Positions 17,994 through 26,954 of a stretch of DNA of 26,962 nt are shown piece by piece. Within the stretch, counting starts at the first letter, position 1. Each line of letters starts with the position of its first letter. Below the pieces are notes generated by a model. The model did no database searches and was not told the origin of the DNA. It saw only the letters and a list, made by a program, of their open reading frames with translations. Source of the stretch: a virus (lineage: Duplodnaviria; Caudoviricetes); the IMG/VR virus record IMGVR_UViG_3300025018_000474, positions 1 to 26,962 of that record. The stretch is one strand, 5' to 3'. The position numbers were made by a program, and so were the translations under genes.

Positions 17994-18039
17994 CAATTAT
18001 TTATATACAGTTGGGATATAATTTTTTAAATTAAAATAT

Positions 18040-18213
18040 ATGGAAGATTTACTAAGAGAAGTATTTAAACTTGGGCAACAATGGGTTCAAGATATGAACA
18101 ATGGCAAAGAGTCAATAAACTTTAATACATGGTACAGTTCTGATGAAACGTAGGAGCATCTTGAATTATTGGAAAAGGTCTTTAAAAACCACTTCCAGAA
18201 AAACAAAGATTAA
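18040..18213 (+). pseudogene. Small ORF interrupted by an in-frame TAG
   Basis: MEDLLREVFKLGQQWVQDMNNGKESINFNTWYSSDET*(18151-18153)EHLELLEKVFKNHFQKNKD*; good A-rich start context. Confidence 0.5.
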
Positions 18214-18235
18214 AATAAATACAAAACTTAAATAT

Positions 18236-18520
18236 ATGAAGGATAATAATTTAGAAAATGAAAGTAAGCAATTAGGTACATACCATGTTACCCGAAATAA
18301 TTTATATAAAGGTATGCGTGTGCAAGATAGTGAAGGTAAAAAAGGTGTTGTTAGGAATTGTGAAGATTTGCATAATGTTCATATAACATTTGAAGGCAAA
18401 GGAATTGAGATAGATTGGTATGAAACACTTTTTGAGTGTGGGGATAGTGGGTTGTATTGCTTCATTGAAAATTGTGAAGATAATTGTGAGGATGAATACC
18501 CATTGTATTATTGCATATAA
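18236..18520 (+). CDS. Hypothetical protein (cassette-like gene, Cys/acidic C-terminus)
   Basis: ATG at 18236 in typical A-rich context, preferred to 18143; leader MKDNNLENESKQLGTYHV. Confidence 0.75.
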   Translation: MKDNNLENESKQLGTYHVTRNNLYKGMRVQDSEGKKGVVRNCEDLHNVHITFEGKGIEIDWYETLFECGDSGLYCFIENCEDNCEDEYPLYYCI

Positions 18521-18578
18521 TGGTTACGTATATGACCCGTTTGAGATAAATAGTACAAACTTTCAAAACAATATATAG

Positions 18579-18848
18579 ATGAGAAAAGAAATAAAACAAC
18601 AAAACAGCATCGACACCCAAATGGGTTATGATATAGTATCACTTGCTGTTTTTCCTTGCAAAAAGATAAAGGCAGGTAAATATAAATATCGTGGTTGGAT
18701 TATTTCGTGTGTTGGCTATTATGAGCCTGAACGAAGAGTATGCTGGGAAGGATATGACCCTGAAACTGGCTGTGGGGATTTTCATGGGTTTTCAAAGCGA
18801 GAAATAAAATGGTTAATAGACGAAAGCCTGTTTAAAAATAGCAGGTAA
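18579..18848 (+). CDS. Hypothetical protein (cassette-like gene)
   Basis: 89-aa ORF; stop in GCAGGTAAC; body bounded by a 16-bp imperfect inverted repeat. Confidence 0.8.
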   Translation: MRKEIKQQNSIDTQMGYDIVSLAVFPCKKIKAGKYKYRGWIISCVGYYEPERRVCWEGYDPETGCGDFHGFSKREIKWLIDESLFKNSR

Positions 18849-18902
18849 CGGTCATAAATATATCTAGTTTAGGATAAATAGTATAAACTTTAAACAAATA
18901 AA

Positions 18903-19148
18903 ATGAGTAAAAAAGAAACTTTAAATGAAACACGGAAACCCAAATTGCGCCTAACTGGTATTAGGCATAGTCTTTCTAACTATGCTATTTTTGAAATACA
19001 AGACAAAGGCATAATTAGAATGGCACTTACAGGGGATAAAGATAAAGAACATTCCTTTTTAATGCGAGATGAAGCGATTGAATGGCTTGTTAATTATGCC
19101 GATGATTTTAAGCGGTATTTTATAGTAGAACAAATAATAGTCTATTAA
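18903..19148 (+). CDS. Hypothetical protein (cassette-like gene)
   Basis: 81-aa ORF with leader MSKKETLNETRKPKLRLTGIRHS. Confidence 0.75.
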   Translation: MSKKETLNETRKPKLRLTGIRHSLSNYAIFEIQDKGIIRMALTGDKDKEHSFLMRDEAIEWLVNYADDFKRYFIVEQIIVY

Positions 19149-19209
19149 ATTACGCTTAACGTGGGTTATGTAGTTGGGTTTTATTTATCAATTTAAAACA
19201 AAAGTAGAT

Positions 19210-19440
19210 ATGAAACATAAATTTTCAATAACCGACAAATTAAGGCATTTTTTATATTGCTTATTATGTTGTGTTAAATTTATAGTAGGATGGATAATGT
19301 GGATAATAATATTTCTGTTATCATTAATATTTTCATTGTTAACGTGGAATTTTAAAGAAACATCTACTATAAATATGAAAGTTGTAATGATAGAAATATG
19401 TGGAAAATCAACATGGAAATGTATGGGACTTGGTGATTAA
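19210..19440 (+). CDS. Small membrane protein (cassette-like gene)
   Basis: ATG at 19210; long hydrophobic segment FIVGWIMWIIIFLLSLIFSLLTW. Confidence 0.7.
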   Translation: MKHKFSITDKLRHFLYCLLCCVKFIVGWIMWIIIFLLSLIFSLLTWNFKETSTINMKVVMIEICGKSTWKCMGLGD

Positions 19441-19495
19441 TACCCTTATAACGGATGAATATATATTTCGGTTATGATTTACAAAGAACTAGTAA

Positions 19496-20008
19496 ATGAA
19501 ACCAATAAAAAACAGAAGGCAGATATTAAAACAATATCCTATTGATATTAGTCCATTTGCCTCTCGGACTAAGATAAAAGCTAAATTTAATCTTCAAGAG
19601 ATACAAAATAGTGATTCAGATGTGGTATTAGCTAGAAAAAGAGCTTTTCAATCAGATGAATACATTAAATACATTTTATCTCCTGAAATGAATTTAGCTG
19701 CTTATTATAGATTATCTAATTTAGCTAAGACTATGTTACAATATATAGTTCATAATTGTTTAGAATATAATACACCTATTTTTAGATTAGATATTAATGA
19801 TTTTATGATACTCATTAAGTTTAAGACTAAGAATAAAGTGTATGATTGTGTAAATGAACTTATAACTACAGATTATATAGCTAGGACTACTACCAAAGAA
19901 ATATATTGGATAAACCACAATATATTTTATAAAGGTAATTATTTAATTACTAAAGAATTAAAAATACGCAAGACTGAAGAATATTTAAAAAAATTAGGAA
20001 TAAAATAA
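19496..20008 (+). CDS. RepL-like winged-helix replication initiator / DNA-binding protein
   Basis: LSNLAKTMLQYI...VYDCVNELITTDYIART...YWINHNIFYKGN resembles the RepL family C-terminal YxINPxxFxxG motif; RepL-like genes are known in crAss-like phages. Confidence 0.7.
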   Translation: MKPIKNRRQILKQYPIDISPFASRTKIKAKFNLQEIQNSDSDVVLARKRAFQSDEYIKYILSPEMNLAAYYRLSNLAKTMLQYIVHNCLEYNTPIFRLDINDFMILIKFKTKNKVYDCVNELITTDYIARTTTKEIYWINHNIFYKGNYLITKELKIRKTEEYLKKLGIK

Positions 20009-20014
20009 CCTATT

Positions 20015-20293
20015 ATGAATTATCAATATTTAAATAATATAACAGAACTTCCTAGAAGTGAAGGTGGAAATATATTATCTGTTAAAATATCTAAAAAAGA
20101 TATAGATAATGTAACAATTATTTGTGATTACAATACTAAAGGAGACAGTACTAAAGTTACTATAAAAGTTAGAAAAAATAGTAATATATTAGAACAAAGG
20201 ACTTTTTTAAATTCTAATATATTTCCAAAGCATATAATGAGAACTAAAACAGATATTATAATTTATTTAGAATCATTCAAAAATGAAGATTAA
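20015..20293 (+). CDS. Hypothetical protein
   Basis: 92-aa ORF in a tightly packed operon. Confidence 0.7.
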   Translation: MNYQYLNNITELPRSEGGNILSVKISKKDIDNVTIICDYNTKGDSTKVTIKVRKNSNILEQRTFLNSNIFPKHIMRTKTDIIIYLESFKNED

Positions 20294-20651
20294 GACATTT
20301 AATAAAAAGATATTTAAAGAAAAAATAGAATCTATTGGTACTAATAAAGTTAAAGAATTTAAGACTAAAATAAAGAGTGTAGAACAACATATACCTTTAG
20401 AGTTTTTTAAGTCTAATGGTTCTTTATCTATTGAGAATACTTTAAATATATTACCTACGCCTATAAAGAATATACTAGAGAATGGTAATAATCCAATTTC
20501 TATCAAATCCAACAGTTCTATTATTGAGATTAAAACTGATACTGGATTATCTATTACAGTAAAAACTAGTAGCATAGATGATAAAGTACCACAAGTTAAA
20601 ATCTTTGATAAAGACTCAAAGACTGAACTACTTAATACATACAAAAGATGA
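20283..20651 (+). CDS. Hypothetical protein
   Basis: 122-aa ORF, ATGA-coupled to the helicase gene. Confidence 0.7.
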   Translation: MKIKTFNKKIFKEKIESIGTNKVKEFKTKIKSVEQHIPLEFFKSNGSLSIENTLNILPTPIKNILENGNNPISIKSNSSIIEIKTDTGLSITVKTSSIDDKVPQVKIFDKDSKTELLNTYKR

Positions 20652-21889
20652 ATGAACTTAATGTAAATTTAACTGTTGACCAGAAAGATGCTTTAAATCA
20701 TATGGTTGATTGGGCTAAACAACCTAATAAAACTAATGATGATTTATTCTATGTTTTAACTGGGTTTGCTGGAACTGGTAAAACTTTTTTATTAAAATAC
20801 TTTGTACAAGTAAGTGGAATTAATAACTTAGTTGTTACTGCACCTACTCATAAAGCTAAGAAAGTTATATCTAATAATACTGATTTACCTGCTAAAACTA
20901 TACAATCTTTATTAGGTTTAAGACCTGATGTTAATATGGAATTCTTTGATATTAACAAACCTGTATTTAATCCACTTGCAGAAGAAACTATTAAAGATTA
21001 TAGATATGTAGTTATTGATGAAAGTAGTATGCTTAATAAAGATTCTTTTGAATTAATAACTAAGAGAGCTATATACTTTAAAATAAATATAATATTTTTA
21101 GGGGATAGTTATCAATTACCACCAATAGGTGAGCCTATTAGTAGAGTATTTATAGATATTAAAAACAAATCTGAACTTACTACTATTGTTAGGCAAGAAG
21201 AAACTAATCCTAATATTAATTTACTTAATCTGATTAGAAATGATATTAGATTTAATAAAACTACTGCTTTAGCTTATATATATAAGAATCCTAGTAATAT
21301 TAATAAAATAGGAGAAGGATATTTAGCTTTAACATCTAAGGATTTTGTTCAAGCATTAATATCTCAATTTTGTAAAACAGAATCTATGTATAGTTCTGAC
21401 TATATTAAATATATAGCATATACTAATAAATCTGTAGCTACCGCTTGTAAAGGTATCAGAAATAAAAGGATTGGCAAAGAATCTTCTGAATTAATTGTTA
21501 AAGCTGATTTTTTAATAGGATATAATACTATATTAAAAGATGCTAAAGATGGTTTATATACTGTTATAGAGAATAGTGAAGATTATACTATAGATAGTAT
21601 TGAAGATTGTGTTAGTGATTTTAATATTAAGTGTTATGGTGTTAAATTATCAGATTCAAATAATTCTTCATCTTTTATATATATAGTTAAGAAAGAATCT
21701 TACGAAGATTTCTTAGATATATTTAGAAGTAAGTTATTAGTAGCTAAAGAGAAAAGAGGTAGATATTGGGAATATTATTATAAGTTTAAAAACGAACATT
21801 TACTCATGGAAGATTTCTATTTTTCTAGTGGTAAATTGGAAGTAAAGAAAGACTTATACTATGGTTATGGTTTAACGATACATAAGAGT
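20648..21889 (+). CDS. dda: Dda/RecD-like SF1B DNA helicase, exon 1
   Basis: Walker A GFAGTGKT, APTHKA, TIQSLL, Walker B IDESSM, GDSYQLPPI, IVRQ; ends in motif V (GLTIHKS). Confidence 0.9.
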
Positions 21890-22921
21890 TAACAAAAACC
21901 TATGGCTCTTATAAAACCTATTTAATTGCTGGAACTTCCTAAAGATGTTAATACTACAACATAACTAGAAATAGTAAGTGTGAATGTTTAAGAAATTAAC
22001 ATATATTACAATGGATAATCAGCAGCGAAGCCTTTAAGTAGAAATATAAAAGGAACGTTCAGAGACTATCGAAAACACGTGCAAACGGAAGTGAGTAGAG
22101 TACATTTATGTATAAAAACATATCTGGAAAAAGTAGGGTATTTCTGTTTACTATTCACAAATTGCTTAAATTCACAGTTCATAAAAAGCAATTTTAGAAT
22201 TTTAAACATTTGAAAATTATGGAAAATAAAGTTAAAAGGGAGTATCTATTGTTTAGTTAATCCTATTACAGAAGAGATTTTTTATGTAGGAGCAACTAAG
22301 ACTGATTTAATGGAAAGACTTAAAAAACATTATTGGGATTTAACTAGTTACCAAAACGGAAAACGTAAGTTTAATAAACGTTTTGAGTATTTAGAAAAGT
22401 TATTACCAAATACTGTTAGTTTAGGTCTTATTGAAGAAGTTAACTTAGAAGAATTAGATGAGAGAGAAAAATATTGGATTAATTATTATAAAAATTTAAA
22501 TCCTAATCTTACAAATACTACAATAGGTGGTAGAGGTGGAGATACATATGGATTACAATCTGATATAAGACAAAAAGAAATTTCTCTTAGAATAAGTAAT
22601 GCAAATAAAGGTAGGTCTAAACCTATAGGATTTGCTGAAAATTTATCTAAAGCCAGAAAAGGTATTAATAATCCTGCTGCTAAAGAAATTAGTATAGGAT
22701 GGATAGTATGTAGTAGAAAATACTTATTTAAATATGGTTTTGAAATTAATTCTTTTATGAAAAATGATTATGCTTTTGGAAACATATATAAGGCTCTTAA
22801 AAAGAATAATAGAGCTATGTGTAATTTTAAAAACTTTGAATTATTTAGTAATTTATCAAAAGAAATACAAGATATAGTCCAACAAGATTATGAAAGTAAT
22901 CAAATGAAAATTTAAGTACAG
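21890..22921 (+). mobile_element. Group I self-splicing intron in the helicase gene
   Basis: Exon end ATAAGAGT pairs with IGS GCTCTTAT (21905-21912, U.G at the splice site); core elements AATTGCTGGAA, AATCAGCAG, GTTCAGAGACTA, AAGATATAGTCC; P9 GATTAT-GAAA-GTAATC; terminal G at 22921; removal restores HKS/QGST. Confidence 0.93.
22219..22915 (+). CDS. Intron-encoded GIY-YIG homing endonuclease (frameshift near the 5' end)
   Basis: GSIYCL...FYVGAT...RLKKH, EREKYWI, NTTIGG and NUMOD3-like repeats; the ATG at 22219 is one base out of frame with the motif-bearing frame. Confidence 0.8.
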
Positions 22922-23053
22922 CAAGGTAGTACTTATAATAATGTTGCTGTTAATGTAAAAGATATACTTAAAGTTAGAAATATAAAAGAAAGAAATAAAC
23001 TTTTATATGTAGCTTTAAGTAGAACTAGTAAATTAAATATTTTAAATATATAA
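22922..23053 (+). CDS. dda: Dda/RecD-like helicase, exon 2
   Basis: QGSTYNNVAV...NKLLYVALSRTSK completes helicase motifs V and VI. Confidence 0.92.
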   Translation, partial: QGSTYNNVAVNVKDILKVRNIKERNKLLYVALSRTSKLNILNI

Positions 23054-23055
23054 TT

Positions 23056-23256
23056 ATGGCTAAAGGATATTGTTTAACTTGTGGTATTGAAATAGAAGTT
23101 AATATATGTTGTAATGGGTATATGTGTGGATGTCAAGGGCAACCTACTGAGCCACCATTTTGTTCTCAGGAATGTTATGATGAATATATACCACCAACTA
23201 GAGCAGATAAATTTATAAAATTAGATTTAGATGATAAAACTACTAATAAAAAATAG
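23056..23256 (+). CDS. Small Cys-rich (putative zinc-binding) protein
   Basis: CxxC...CC...CGC...FCSxxC pattern. Confidence 0.75.
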   Translation: MAKGYCLTCGIEIEVNICCNGYMCGCQGQPTEPPFCSQECYDEYIPPTRADKFIKLDLDDKTTNKK

Positions 23257-23533
23257 TCCTATTACATACGCTACATTCCGAGCTTGGATTACTATATATT
23301 TTAAAGGGGATATAATTAGAGTACAAAAATTTGAATCTATGGCTGATATGTATATTATTCCAGTATTGATAAAGTATCTGGAAGATGAAAAGAAAGTTCC
23401 TATTTTAAATGCTATGAATTACTATTCTAAGCTAAGATATATACAAGGATATAATAATCAAGCTAAAAACATGATATTATATGAATTTAGTAGGATTGAG
23501 CAAGGTAAAACAACTAATTATAATATATTTTAA
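23231..23533 (+). CDS. Hypothetical protein
   Basis: 100-aa ORF in operon. Confidence 0.7.
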   Translation: MIKLLIKNSPITYATFRAWITIYFKGDIIRVQKFESMADMYIIPVLIKYLEDEKKVPILNAMNYYSKLRYIQGYNNQAKNMILYEFSRIEQGKTTNYNIF

Positions 23534-23535
23534 TT

Positions 23536-23754
23536 ATGGATACAAGTAAACATATTTGGGAAGGTTGGACAGTCCAATCATTTATTGATGAATTAGAACC
23601 AACATTAGATATGATACAAAATAATCAAAGTTGGCAAAGACCTATCAATGATATAAAAGAACTTAAAACATGGTGTATGGATAATCAACCATATTATAAG
23701 AAATATATTCCTGAAGTAGTTAAATATTTTTCTAATAAATATAAACTAAATTAA
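23536..23754 (+). CDS. Hypothetical phage protein
   Basis: 72-aa ORF with TAATTATG start context. Confidence 0.75.
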   Translation: MDTSKHIWEGWTVQSFIDELEPTLDMIQNNQSWQRPINDIKELKTWCMDNQPYYKKYIPEVVKYFSNKYKLN

Positions 23755-23755
23755 T

Positions 23756-24142
23756 ATGAAAGATTTAACTTTTGTAGGGATAGATGTTGATTTAGAAATT
23801 TCATTATTTGAGTATAATGTAATAGTTTCTAATGAAGAACACAAAGATGGTTCTGGTACTCATTTTGTTATCTACAAAATAGATGATGATAATTATGGTA
23901 CTGGGCATATATCAGAGAAAGAACTTAATAATTTAATTGAGGGTAAAGATTGGATTAAAGAAAATGATATAAAATCATTTTTAGATTATTGTGGTACTAT
24001 TAAAGGGATTTGGTTACAATTTTCATTAATAGAAAAACTTGAAAGCCTTATTAATTATTGGGGATATGAAAATATAATGGGTACTGATTATAGTCCTGTT
24101 AATAAAGAATTTGTATTAAATAAATATTTAAAAATAAAATAA
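23756..24142 (+). CDS. Hypothetical protein
   Basis: 128-aa ORF in operon. Confidence 0.75.
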   Translation: MKDLTFVGIDVDLEISLFEYNVIVSNEEHKDGSGTHFVIYKIDDDNYGTGHISEKELNNLIEGKDWIKENDIKSFLDYCGTIKGIWLQFSLIEKLESLINYWGYENIMGTDYSPVNKEFVLNKYLKIK

Positions 24143-24143
24143 A

Positions 24144-24248
24144 ATGAAAACAAAAATTGATGAATTAACTATTGAAGGTATAGTATATGACTACGGTTTT
24201 GGTTTTAGCTATAATAGTGATAATGGTGATAGTTATGGCAATGGTTAA
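24144..24248 (+). CDS. 34-aa micro-ORF or gene remnant with Gly/Tyr/Asp/Asn-rich tail
   Basis: MKTKIDELTIEGIVYDYGFGFSYNSDNGDSYGNG* fills the gap before polA. Confidence 0.45.
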   Translation: MKTKIDELTIEGIVYDYGFGFSYNSDNGDSYGNG

Positions 24249-24260
24249 TAAATATTTAAA

Positions 24261-26540
24261 ATGATTTATTTCATAGCTGATATTAATATATATAAAGGAG
24301 ACATATCTTTTATTAATGGAGATGATATAACAATATTAAATCCAGTACAAGGTATATCTTCCTTTATTTCTTTTACTAAGGAAAATGATATTATAGGATT
24401 TGATATTGAAACTACTGGTTTAGATGCTTATATGCACAAAGTAGTGTTATGGGGGTTTGGTAATTTTGATATTCAATACATATTTCATAGTTCTATAAAT
24501 CTTAAAGAAGTATTTTTATTATTATTAATGAAAACCCTATTAGGTCATAATATTAAGTTTGATATTAAATTTGCTAAAGTATTATATGATATACTCATTA
24601 CTAAGGTTTATGATACTATGATAACTGAACAGAGATTATATCAAAAGTCAGGTTTACCTATGAATTTAGCTGCTTTATCTACTAGATATTTAAATGAACC
24701 TATGTTTAAAGAGGTAAGAGAAGAATTTATAGGTTGTAATCCTAATACTTTTCAACTATATAATAGACATATTAGATATGCAGCTAAGGATATATCAAAA
24801 CTTTTCCCAATAAGAGAAAAACAGATTGAGAGAATTAATAGATATAATATGAATTTCTTATTATATAATATAGAATTTCCACTTATATCTATTATTGCTA
24901 AAGCTGAACTAACTGGATTTAAGTTAGATGAAGTTAAATGGAGACAGATATATGAAAAGAATATTAAACGTAGATTTGAATTAGAATGTTTATTAGATGA
25001 AGAAATAAGAAGATTAAGAGCTACTAAACCTAAACATATCAGATTAAGGTTAACTGGTGGTAAATATGACCAACCTAGAATTGAAGATACTACAAATATA
25101 TTTAATTATGATGATGATAGTACTAATGTAATTGGGTTATTTGGAGAACTTATGTCAGTTAAAACTTTAACTGGAAAGAAGAAAAAAATAACTAGAAGTC
25201 CTAATAATATTAATTATAATAGTCCTGACCAAAAGATAGATATATTTGCTAAACTAGAAGAACCGCTACTTACAGAATTTGATTCTGTTGCAATACCACA
25301 ACTACTAAAGAAAGATAGAAAAGTTGGGTTTCAAACTAATAGTGATGCCTTTGAAGCATATTTAAAAATAAAACCTGACTGTAATACAAAACAACTTATT
25401 AAGTATCTAATAGAATACGGTAGTATATCTAATATGATTAAGAATTTTGGTTTAAAGTTTTTAAATAAAGTAAATCCTATAACTGGTAAAATACATACTA
25501 TTTATAGACAAGCTAATGCTGATACTAGTAGATTTCAATCTGGTGGTGGAAGTAGTGACCCTGATAAACCTAATTTTCAAAATATTCCTGCTATTACTGA
25601 ATATAGAAATTGTTTTCTTACAGAAGGTACTTGTAGTACTACTGATTTTAGTGGGGCTGAATTAATGATTATGGTATCTTTATCACAAGACCAGACTTTA
25701 AAGAAGTTAGCAGAAGGTGATATGCACAGTTATATGAATCAAGCTATTTGGAGAAATATTTATAAGTATAGATATAATCAATTAGCTAAGATGACTTCTA
25801 CTATGAGTAGGGTAAGTGATGATGTTAATAAGAAATTAGAAGAATTAGCACATTTAGCTAATACTTTTGAAGTATCTAAAACTGTTAATAAAGCATTTAG
25901 AAATAAAAATCTTACATTTGGTTCTATTTATGGTATGTATGCTGCTAAAGCAGGTAAGATTATGAATGTATCTAAGGAAGAAGGTCAAATAGCTATTAAT
26001 ACTATTAGAAAGATTATTCCTAAGATATTTGAAGTAGTTGAATCAGCTTCTAAATTTGTAGAAAAAAATGGTTATATTATTATAAGTAGTAGAACTAAAT
26101 CAAGAGCATGGTTTCCTAATTGTATTAAAGTATTAAAAGGGGAGTTAAATAAAGACGAAAATTTTAAGATAATACAGAAAGAACTTAGTGAAGCTAGAAA
26201 TATTAAGATACAGGGTACACAAGCTGATTTTGTAAAAGAAGCTACAGTAGTAGCACAACAATATATAGACTATTATCATTTACCTATAACAATATTACAT
26301 TGGGTACATGATGAAATTGTAGATGACCACAATCCACAATTAGATGGTATGTCTAAAAGATGGAAAGAATGGGTAAAGAAAAATCCTAAAGGATTATCTA
26401 TTATTCATAAAGGGGTTAAAAAGTCAGGATTATGTTGGAATGATGTAAAAGAATTAATTATGACAACTGTAGCTAATAGATACTTAAAAGATGTTGATAT
26501 GAAAGTAGAATCTAAGATTTCACCTTATTGGACAAAATAA
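24261..26540 (+). CDS. polA: DNA polymerase family A with 3'-5' exonuclease domain
   Basis: Exo I FDIETTGL, Exo II GHNIKFD, Exo III YAAKD; PNFQNIP, motif A DFSGAE, motif B KNLTFGSIYG, IQGTQAD, motif C VHDE. Confidence 0.95.
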   Translation: MIYFIADINIYKGDISFINGDDITILNPVQGISSFISFTKENDIIGFDIETTGLDAYMHKVVLWGFGNFDIQYIFHSSINLKEVFLLLLMKTLLGHNIKFDIKFAKVLYDILITKVYDTMITEQRLYQKSGLPMNLAALSTRYLNEPMFKEVREEFIGCNPNTFQLYNRHIRYAAKDISKLFPIREKQIERINRYNMNFLLYNIEFPLISIIAKAELTGFKLDEVKWRQIYEKNIKRRFELECLLDEEIRRLRATKPKHIRLRLTGGKYDQPRIEDTTNIFNYDDDSTNVIGLFGELMSVKTLTGKKKKITRSPNNINYNSPDQKIDIFAKLEEPLLTEFDSVAIPQLLKKDRKVGFQTNSDAFEAYLKIKPDCNTKQLIKYLIEYGSISNMIKNFGLKFLNKVNPITGKIHTIYRQANADTSRFQSGGGSSDPDKPNFQNIPAITEYRNCFLTEGTCSTTDFSGAELMIMVSLSQDQTLKKLAEGDMHSYMNQAIWRNIYKYRYNQLAKMTSTMSRVSDDVNKKLEELAHLANTFEVSKTVNKAFRNKNLTFGSIYGMYAAKAGKIMNVSKEEGQIAINTIRKIIPKIFEVVESASKFVEKNGYIIISSRTKSRAWFPNCIKVLKGELNKDENFKIIQKELSEARNIKIQGTQADFVKEATVVAQQYIDYYHLPITILHWVHDEIVDDHNPQLDGMSKRWKEWVKKNPKGLSIIHKGVKKSGLCWNDVKELIMTTVANRYLKDVDMKVESKISPYWTK

Positions 26541-26547
26541 ATTAATT

Positions 26548-26775
26548 ATGAACAAAATAGATACAATAGTAACTAAACATAAAAAGAATTTTGAAACTCT
26601 TAAAAAAGCTTTTAAAAATAAACAAGTTGCATTAATGGAATGTATTGAAAATAGTACTGGTGAAAAAGTAGCTGTTATATGTACAGTAGAGTTTGACGGA
26701 AAAGAATATAATTTTACTCCATTTGCTAAATTCTTTAACGATAACCCATTTGAACTATTAACACCACCTATGTAA
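26548..26775 (+). CDS. Hypothetical protein
   Basis: 75-aa ORF with TAATTATG start context. Confidence 0.75.
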   Translation: MNKIDTIVTKHKKNFETLKKAFKNKQVALMECIENSTGEKVAVICTVEFDGKEYNFTPFAKFFNDNPFELLTPPM

Positions 26776-26954
26776 TGTATAAATTATATCATAAACTACC
26801 AAATAGTATATGGAAGTACACAGATACTTTTAGTAGTACCTTAGACCCTAGATACCATGAATATATTAATATCTTTAAAGAAGATAAAATAGAATGGGAA
26901 TTAAGAGATTGGAAAAATCAAGTTAAATTTAAAAATAAATATTATGAAAAATAA
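26775..26954 (+). CDS. Hypothetical protein (59 aa)
   Basis: TAATG-coupled ORF MYKLYHKLPNSIWKYTDTF...KNKYYEK*. Confidence 0.6.
   Translation: MYKLYHKLPNSIWKYTDTFSSTLDPRYHEYINIFKEDKIEWELRDWKNQVKFKNKYYEK

Larger units (their letters stand above)
17525..19475 (+). mobile_element. Array of small genes separated by attC-like folding sites (integron-cassette-like)
   Basis: Recurrent ...TAA(C/T)G at gene ends (17786, 17886, 18518, 18846, 19157, 19449) with complementary (G/A)TTA-type sequences inside following or same-gene 5' ends; internal inverted repeats. Confidence 0.6.

Noticed and set aside
18143-18235. N-terminal extension of the 125-aa ORF
   Set aside because: Overlaps another frame and lacks the typical start context; ATG 18236 fits better
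20273-20644. 123-aa - strand ORF
   Set aside because: Antisense to a + strand gene coupled within the operon
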